From contig OX597822.1 in assembly GCA_951406725.2 (NCBI GenBank), positions 50,530,001-50,594,000 of the forward strand: 64,000 nt of DNA, in the 5' to 3' direction. This stretch comes from Octopus vulgaris (Eukaryota). The translations under genes and the position numbers were made by a program. Under the pieces are notes generated by a model. It did no database searches and was not told where the DNA came from. It saw only the letters and a list, made by a program, of their open reading frames with translations. This document shows, piece after piece, positions 55,722 through 64,000 of the stretch (position 1 is the first letter of the stretch; each line of letters starts with the position of its first letter).

Positions 55722-56302
55722 CACAGACATACAGGAAGTAAATATACACCTTCAATTTCCAAATCTTTTAATTTATATTAATTGGCTGAAGGAGAGGTTT
55801 TCTTCCAGCTGCTCGTCCATAATATCCAAGCTTATGCAAATATGTAACACACGTTCTTCGTCTAACTTCTAGCTGTTTTGCAATGGCAGAAGCCTTCGAA
55901 CGGGGTTTGTTCGCCACAATTCCCATCAAACAGCGAAGCTTCCTTTCCGTGAGACCAGGTCGGCCGGGAGGAGTATCTGTTGATTCTTTTCCTTGGCATT
56001 TGAATTGAACTATGATTTTATTAACAAGAGTAGCAAGAGGAATTTGAAGATTTTAGGCAATTTTTCGGTAGCTCAGCCCAGCCTCAGATTGCTCAACAAT
56101 ACTCTCTCTTTGAAAATCTGACAGTTCTACTGAATTTTTTTGTGCGTGACATGGTTACTCTTCGCAAATGTTTAATATAATGGCACATGGGATGAAAAAG
56201 AATAATTTCATTGTAAATTCTACACCGCTGAAAACATATTAAGACGCTTAGATCAGAAATTTTGAAACTTAAAGTTGTCTATTAACTTCCTGCATGTCTG
56301 TG
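55722..56302 (-). mobile_element. Internally deleted Tc1-like element with both TIRs
   Basis: TIRs CACAGACATACAGGAAGTAAAT and ATTAACTTCCTGCATGTCTGTG+TA; minus strand [45 protein letters not shown]. Confidence 0.88.
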
Positions 56303-56311
56303 TATATATTC

Positions 56312-56692
56312 AACATTAGACTGCGGCCATGCTGGTGCACCGACTTGAGGAATTATTGTCGAATGTATCGACTCCAGTGCGTTTCTAAATACGGCACTTA
56401 TTCTATCGAAAACTTTTGCCGAACTGCTGATGTTATAGGGGTATAAACACACCAACGGCGATTGTCAAGTCTGTGTTTGGAAACAAACACAGACACACAC
56501 ACACATACATACACAACAGACATATACATATATTTATATACGAAGGAATTCTTTCAGTTTCTGTCCACCAAATCCACTCACAATCCTTAGGTCAGCACAA
56601 GACTATAGTAGAGAACACTTGCCAAGGTACCACGCAGTGGGGATGAACCCGGAGACACATGGATGGGAAGCAAGCTTCTTACCACAAAGCTA
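56312..56692 (-). mobile_element. SINE family A, diverged
   Basis: GACTGCGGCCATGCTGG..CTTATTCTATCG..CCAAATCCACTCACAA..CCACGCAGTGGG..CTTACCACA. Confidence 0.88.
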
Positions 56693-56700
56693 CAATAACT

Positions 56701-58584
56701 ATATATCGTAACTGTAATAACTAGCAATAAAGCGCACGCATGTCGAATTCTCCAATACTACACAAGATATTTCGATTTTTTCAGACTAAAAATTTCGAGG
56801 TCATAATATTCCATTTCGATAACGATAATGTGTTTCAAGATATTTTCTTTTGTGCAGCTTCGTGTTTTCTTTGACAGGATCATATTTAATATAGCTAAAT
56901 GCCTCAGAATACCGTCCGCACAAATTTCTGTTAAAGTATCAGTTATAAAGACGTAAGTACTCTTGAATGATTTGATAGAAATAACTAATGTGAGAGGTCA
57001 TAAGTTCATATTCGTGTGTTTTACATGTAATACAAATCTTTTCTAGCAGATATATTAACGATGTAATTCCAGGCATTTTTGCTCATTTCTGACACAAAGT
57101 ATCACGAATCCGATCATTCATTCTCTGTATTTCGTTTGATAACATTAATGTAACATGGATAATGGAAACATCTGCTCCAATTAAATAAAGTGAAAGTTGT
57201 TGTACTTGAAAGAAATGTTTTATTTTAAAGCATCAAAATGGTATCGGAAACCTAAAGATGAAATTCGTGTGAAGGCATACGAATAAATGTCTTTTAAATT
57301 ACAAAGCCCTTAGGCAAATGTAAGCCATGTAAAATGTTATTAACAGTTACGATTTGATATTAACATGGGACCAGTATACCACTACGTGTCATCTATACAT
57401 ATACGCATAACCACACGCATGCACACACAGATATCGGTTTGCGAGAGTGTATATATATATATATATATATATATCAATGAAAAAGGAAAAGAATGAGTGA
57501 AGTGGTAGTTATAATCAATTTAATTTTTTAAATATAATTTTACAGTTTGGTTTGTAGATCTCGTAAATTCTCTATTAACTTCGGTGGGGAGATTTTTTAA
57601 TGATTCCTTGTTAACTTTCTCACATCTCTCGGTGACGATTGTCAAGCTGATCTCTGGTTGAATTGCGCTGTGAGATTCTATACATAAGAGATTTGGGTGT
57701 GTATGGGGTGCGGTTGGGTTTTGGTAATAAATGTGGGAGTGGAGGAGTGTTGAGTAACAAGTGAAGAATTTTTTCTCCTTTTTCAAATATATATATAAAA
57801 ACACACACACACTCACACAGACACGCGCATAAACATATGTGTGTGATCGTGTGCATGAGTGTGTGTTACTGTGTGTCTGTGTAAATATTATATATATATA
57901 CATGGATGACGTGTAGCGGTATACCGGTTCCATGTTAGGCTTAAAGTGCAAATGCTACTAACATCTTATATGGCTTCTAGTTGCCTAAGGGCTTTGTAAT
58001 TTAAAGGTGCTATTTAAAAGATATTTATTCGTATGTCTTCACAAGAATTTCATCTTAAGTGCACTGTCAATATTTTCATACGTTACAAATAAAATATTTC
58101 TTTCAAATACAACACAGCTCATTTTTATTCAGTTGGAGCAGATGTTTCCATTATCCATGTAACATTAATGTTATCAAACGAAATACAGAGAATGAATGAT
58201 CGAATTCGTGATACATTGTGCCAGAAATGAGCACAAATGCCTGGAATGACATCGTGAATATATCTGCTGGAAAAGATGTGGATTGGTTGTAAAACACGAC
58301 AACGTGAACGTATGACCTATTTCATTAGTTATTTCTATCAAATCATTCAAGAGTACTGGTGTTTTTTATAACTGATGCTTTAACAGTAATTTGTGCGGAC
58401 CGTATTCTGGTGCATTTAGCTATATTAAATATGTTCCTGTCAAAGAAAAAACGAAGCTACACAATCGAAAATATCTTGAAACCCATTATTGTTATCGAGA
58501 TGGAATATTATGAGCTCATACCTCATACACTCTGAATAAAATCGAAATACTTTGCGGGCACTTTATTGCTATATATTACAGTTA

Positions 58585-58592
<8 letters not shown>
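56701..58592. repeat. Long diverged inverted repeat, ~640-bp arms, ~620-bp spacer
   Basis: 56701-57339 versus 57960-58592. ATCATTCATTCTCTGTATTTCGTTTGATAACATTAATG and ACATGGATAATGGAAACATCTGCTCCAA are mirrored exactly at ~58133-58200. Confidence 0.92.
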
Positions 58593-58620
<28 letters not shown>

Positions 58621-58624
<4 letters not shown>

Positions 58625-60232
58625 AGAGTTTACGAAAAAAAAAAAGACGAAGACAGGTGGTGACACCAAAACAAACAGCTGTATTAGTATAACGCTCAGG
58701 AATAGAAACAGTCTTTTACGTTTCGAGCCTACGCTCTCCTACACAAAGGGACACAGAAAAAACAAGGAGATAAAAAAATGTGCGTAGTTGCTAACGATCT
58801 ATCATGGCGTTTGACTCGGACAGAAGTGTCACGCACACACACATACATATATATAATATTCTCTAATTTCACTGGTCCCACTCCTGAACTATATGCTCGT
58901 TACATTGACGACATTATCGGTGCCACCTCACTCTCCCGTGAACATCTAGATTCCTTCCTCTCTTTCGTCCAATCTTTCCATCCAGCCCTCCACTTCACTT
59001 CCACTATCTCCAACACCTCTGTCTCCTTCCTCGACATTTCGGTTAGCATTCTTCACTCCACTCTTACCACCTCCATTCTCTACAAACACACAGACTCACA
59101 CTCATACCTCAACTTCTCTTCCTCCCACCCAGAACACACCAAGCTTTCCATCCCCTATTCCCAATTCCTCCGTCTACGTAGGCTCTGTAGTGACGACCAT
59201 GACTTGCAACACCTATCTGTGTTCGGTTTGTCCTTACACAGAGGCCATCCGGATTCCCGTTTGCGCCGTGAACAGGAATGAATCTTCTCTCTTCGCTCTT
59301 ATACGCCATTTGGTCTCAACTCTCCCCCCTCCTCATCTAACCCCCTCCCCCTCCTCATCTAACCCCCCTCCCCCCTCCTCACCTACCTTCCCCCCGACCC
59401 CTACTTCTTCAGTCCTTCATTCTTTCACCCCTACTCCCCTTCCCTTCTTCCCTCTTTCTCCCTCCCTCCTTCCCTCTTCCCCTTCCCTCTGCTCCCTCAC
59501 TCCCCTTCTCTCTCCCCCTCTCCCTCTTTCCTCCTTCCTCCTCCCCTCCTCCTCCCATTCATCCTCCCATTCCTTCTCCCATCCTCTCTCTCCCCCTCTC
59601 TCCCCCTATCTCTTCCCCCTCTTCTCCCCCCCTCTTCTCCTCTCTCCACACTACACCACACGACTTTACACATCACATCATATATGATGTGCCATACTAA
59701 TACATACACCAACTAATACATACTAATACATACTAATACATACTAATACATACACCAACCCTATACATACACACGTCAATACCTCTCATACGCACTAATA
59801 CTCTCTCATACACACACACACACACACACCCTTATACATACTAATACCTACTAATACATACTAATACATAAACCAACCCTATACATACACACGTCCAGAC
59901 CTCTCATACACACTAATACTCTCTCATACACACACACACACACACACTTATGTTGGAGCTGGTCACTCAACCCTATTATCTCCCCTAATTTCGCTCTCGT
60001 GTCTCATGTTTGATCTTTGACTTCTGGCCGAAATCAGATCGCCATGTTTGTTCGTTAGTTACTGCACGCATTTTTTTCTCTCCTTCTTTCTGTGTTTTTT
60101 TCTCTCTGTGTATCTTTCTGTCGAAACGTTAAAGACTTGTTTTATTTATATTTCCTGAGCGCCATACTAATACAATTGTTTGTTTGTTTTCCACTTGCCT
60201 TCGTCTTTTGTCTATTTTCATAAAGCTTCCCG
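58621..60232 (+). mobile_element. 5'-truncated Penelope-like element with inverted upstream terminal repeat
   Basis: Inverted terminal repeat at 58621-~58825 (degenerate HHR ~58713-58748), RT fragment, C/T-rich tract, direct terminal repeat at ~59950-60232; (TA)n on both sides. Confidence 0.88.
58856..59210 (+). pseudogene. PLE reverse transcriptase fragment
   Basis: LYARYIDDIIG..FHPALHFT..VSFLDISV..YKHTDSHSYLNFSSSHP..SIPYSQFLRLRRLCS. Confidence 0.93.
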
Positions 60233-60332
<100 letters not shown>

Positions 60333-60419
60333 ACATACGTGTGTGTGTTTGTGCATGTGCGTGTTTGTGTGTATAATTACATATATATATATATATATAT
60401 ATATGTACATGTGCATACC

Positions 60420-60897
60420 TGTATTAGCCGTTAGACTGCTATATGGCGTAGCGGAGATTATTGTCTCAATGCGTCGGGTGTTAAAACACGTGAAAGTCAT
60501 GATCAGGAGAGATAACTCACTTCTAATCTAATTCAGAAGTCACGGATATCGGTGTTTTGCAATTTTTGTATTATCTTAATATCACGGTACACGACTAGGA
60601 CCGGAGTTATATCATTTCGCCAGTCCACAACTTATAATAATCAGGCGTCCAAACTTTGTGCGGGTATGCCCGAAAAATGCATACGAAAGAAGAAATTCAA
60701 ATATAAAGCGACGGGTGTTAAAATGTCTGAAAACTATAAACAAACGTGAAATCCTAAACAAGGTTATGGACATCGATGTTTCGCAATATTTTTAATTTAC
60801 CAATATCCCCTGTCCATGACTCTCAGATGTTTTAACATTCGGCCCCTTCCCAAAGTTTTCTCCACGACGCCAGTTGTTCAGGCTATGGGCTAATACA
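60420..60897. mobile_element. MITE-like element
   Basis: Imperfect TIRs TGTATTAGCCGTTAGACTG and CAGGCTATGGGCTAATACA; no ORF; no clear TSD. Confidence 0.6.
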
Positions 60898-61227
60898 CGA
60901 TGTGCATATGTTAAACATATGTGGTTGTCAATGGTTGCATTTCATATTTTAGCTTATTCATCTCTACACATAGCGTGCACGCTCAGATGAAATTATTGAT
61001 CTCCGATCTCGATCGTTTACGTGACGTTCATAAGCCATAAAAATGGCAGAATATTGATGTCCATGACGCCTGGATGCTTGGGATTAAAGATGAGTTATCT
61101 CGCCCCTTCATAAGTTTCTGCTGTTCCAACACCCGGTGCATTGGGAGCGTATTCTTTACAAATCAAAATCACAAAATACACGGAGTATATTTTTGTCGAT
61201 AATATTAAGTATATATATACATATAAA

Positions 61228-61289
<62 letters not shown>

Positions 61290-61308
61290 GTGCGTATGTG
61301 TGTGTATG

Positions 61309-61375
<67 letters not shown>

Positions 61376-61385
61376 ATATATATAT

Positions 61386-61470
61386 GCATGGCCGCAGTCA
61401 AATTACTGAAATAAGTAAAAGAATAAAAGAACACAAACACACACAAACACACACACACACACACACACAT

Positions 61471-61506
<36 letters not shown>

Positions 61507-61630
61507 GTGTGTGTGTCTGTGTGTGTGTGTGTGTTCTTTTATTCTTTTACTTATTTCAGTAATTTGACTGCGGCTATGCTGGAGCACCGCTTTTAGTCGA
61601 GCAAATCTCCCGAGGACTTATTCTTTGTAA
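61386..61630. mobile_element. SINE A 3' fragments arranged tail-to-tail as an inverted repeat
   Basis: 61386-61435 mirrors ~61530-61579 with one mismatch; the minus copy extends to 61630. Confidence 0.88.
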
Positions 61631-61632
61631 CT

Positions 61633-61752
61633 TGTAGCCCCAGGAAGACATCTCCTCCAGTTCACTTTTGACACACTTTTTGTGTCCTATCAGTATTTGC
61701 AAAGTCTCTAACTTGAAGCCAATCAATTGGATATTTCTTAATGGAGAATTTT
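61633..61752 (-). mobile_element. Fragment related to the 63.5-kb and 48-kb elements
   Basis: TGTAGCCCCAGGAAGACATCTCCTCCAG..CCTATCAGTATTTGC..GAAGCCAATCAATTGG. Confidence 0.85.
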
Positions 61753-61829
61753 ATACCGTCTTTTCCTGGCGCCGTTCCGTTTTCCATCAAGCCGATGGCT
61801 CTTTCAACCTCACTGACAAGGATAGAGAG

Positions 61830-62774
61830 GCAAATTATCTGCTGTCATCACCCGTACGAGTGCCGGTCGAGAAGTGAGTGAAGCGAGGGGATACGATCTC
61901 TCCAAAACTTTTCACCGCATGTCTCGAGCAGATCATCAGAGGCATCGACTGGCAAGGCGGTGTCAACATCAATGGCAAGCTCTTCACCTACCTCCGTTTT
62001 GCTGATGACATCGTAATCATCGCTGAAACCATGGATCAGCTTCAGACCATGCTGATTGAGCTCGACATCAAAAGCTCTGCAGTAGGTCTTAAGGTGAACC
62101 GCCTGAAAACAAAGTTCATGCGGTCAGACAACGAACCAACAGGTTGAATGGTGATCAGCAGTGATGAAATAGAGGAATACGTCTATCTGGGACAGGAAGT
62201 GAATATGTACCGAGATATCAAAAAGGAGATCTCACGGAGAGTAAGGGCTGAATGGAAGGCATTTAATGGCATAAGGGATGTGCTCAAGGGAAGGTTGGAC
62301 AGAGCCACCCGCGCAAGCCTCATCAATAGCACAGTTCTACCTGAAATGTTATATGGTAGTGAAACATGTGCTACGACAAATAGAAAAGAACAGATTGGTA
62401 ACTGCTCAAAGAGCCATGGAGAGGTCAGTGCTTGGAATCTCGTTGAGAGAGCACATCAATAGCTAGGTCATCAGAGAGAAGTCGGGCGTGAGGAGTGTCA
62501 TCGTAGAATATACACGCAGCAAGTTTAGATGGGCTGCACACGTAACCCGGCTCACCGATAATCGGTGGACCCGCGCAGTTGTCGAGTGGTACCCGCGCGT
62601 GTGGAAACGGCCACTCGGAAGGCCTCCATGACGGTGGAGATACGGTAACAGCAGGGCGATTGGGTTCACGTGGGTGAGAAAGATGTGATCTAGGAAAGAG
62701 TGGAGAGCGTGCTGTGACCAGCGGTGTCAAATGGACGCCCGACGGACTGGTCAGTCAAGGTGATCAAAGTGATA
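61830..62774 (+). pseudogene. RTE-clade LINE, 5'-truncated
   Basis: VKRGDTISPKLFTACLE, YLRFADDIV, GLKVNRLKTK, EEYVYLGQ, MLYGSET, AQRAMERS, RWAAHVTRLTDNRWT, KRPLGRP; short-repeat tail GTGATCAAAGTGAT. Confidence 0.95.
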
Positions 62775-62776
62775 TA

Positions 62777-62886
62777 TAGGCTTGAAACGTAAAATACTTT
62801 TTCAAACCCTGAGCGTTATACTAATACATCTGTTTGTTTTCTACACCACCTATCTTCGTCTTTTGTCTTTTTCGTGAATTCTCCCT
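62777..62886 (+). mobile_element. PLE terminal-repeat fragment (58.6-kb family)
   Basis: TAGGCTTGAAACGTAAAA..CCTGAGCGTTATACTAATACA..CACCACCT.TCTTCGTCTTTT. Confidence 0.85.
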
Positions 62887-62968
62887 ATATATACATATTA
62901 TAAATATCTACATTCCACACACATGAATACATAAAAACGAAACATTGTCGCACACACAGACACATACA

Positions 62969-63019
<51 letters not shown>

Positions 63020-63484
63020 AAGCACACACACACGTAATCCAAGTAGCTTCCTCCACACATATATATACATAAAAAAGAACACGCTCGCGCACAGTCACAC
63101 ACACAAGAACAAGCAGGCACACACAGAAGATCAAGCAGGCACACACACACACAAGAACAAGCGCACGCAAAAACACAAAAACATACACACACTCACACAC
63201 TCAAGGAAAGCATGCACACACACACAGACGTACACCTATTAGCTTTCTCTTCTACTTCGACACGTCAAACAGACCAATCACACAGGAAGACAGCTCCATG
63301 CCAAACTATCGCTCATTGGTTGATGACGACTGAAAATTAAGCAATAAAACACCACTGCCCCCTTACACTTTTATTCACAACGTAGGTATATATTGTCAGA
63401 CACGCAGAAGACTCGACTATACATTCTGTTGTCGGTCACTGCTAGCCTATCAGATGTATATGTACGTGTGTGTGTCTATATTTA

Positions 63485-64000
63485 GCTGCACGACATCGTG
63501 AAGTATATTTGCCACCTAAATGTGGCTAACCCGTAAGTGTTGATGCTACTGTACTTTGTAGCCCCAGGAAGACATCTCCTCCAGTTGGCTTTTGACAGAC
63601 TTTCTGTGCCCTATCAGTATTTGCAAATTCCCTAATTCGAAGCCAATCAATTGGGTATTTCTTCAGGGAGAACTTCAATTTTAGGCTAATTAGATTTCAG
63701 TAAAAATCTAAAATGGGCCCCCATTTGTATGTATGCAGTATGTATGCAACGTCACGTGCATATTCTTGATTGTTAGTTGTATTATCGTTATCACACCACT
63801 GCCACTCTATATTTGTCGCTTACACAATTTTGTTCTCGCATTTCCTAATGTCAGCCACTGCCACTATTCCACCACATTTCCCCCAAACCGACACTTTGCA
63901 ACCTTCTGATTTTATCAAATACTAGCCCATCCCAAGGATGGGGGCATTTTAGTTTTTTACTGAAATCTAATTAGCCTAAAATTGAAGTTCCCCCTGAAGA
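63485..64000 (-). mobile_element. Element sharing the 3' module of the 352-bp HHR family, with a fold-back running off the window
   Basis: 63490-63625 is homologous to 47960-48050 and its continuation; 63660-63724 mirrors ~63938-64000. Confidence 0.82.

Noticed and set aside
59285-59645. Pro/Ser-rich ORF 59190-59687
   Set aside because: Low-complexity C/T tract inside the PLE; not evidence of a protein.

Overview
AT-rich eukaryotic DNA saturated with microsatellites. The SINE and transposon families suggest an Octopus-like cephalopod (inference, no database search). I found no intact host gene; nearly all listed ORFs are microsatellite artefacts or transposon remnants. The window holds decayed mobile elements: at least four SINE families, Tc1/mariner elements, a Helitron helicase remnant, R4/Dong-like and RTE LINE fragments, and many Penelope-like element (PLE) pieces. 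The main signal is about 11 minimal hammerhead ribozyme (HHR) motifs from several sequence families, five with intact catalytic cores. Several lie in fold-back inverted repeats. One belongs to a non-coding ~352-bp tandem element with the HHR at the tip of a long rod, a retrozyme/mini-PLE candidate. Also notable: a tRNA-like module in a PLE 3' end, an R4 LINE split into oppositely oriented halves (possible ~7.4-kb inversion), and an unexplained GC-rich multi-hairpin segment. All calls were made by eye; boundaries of decayed elements are approximate.
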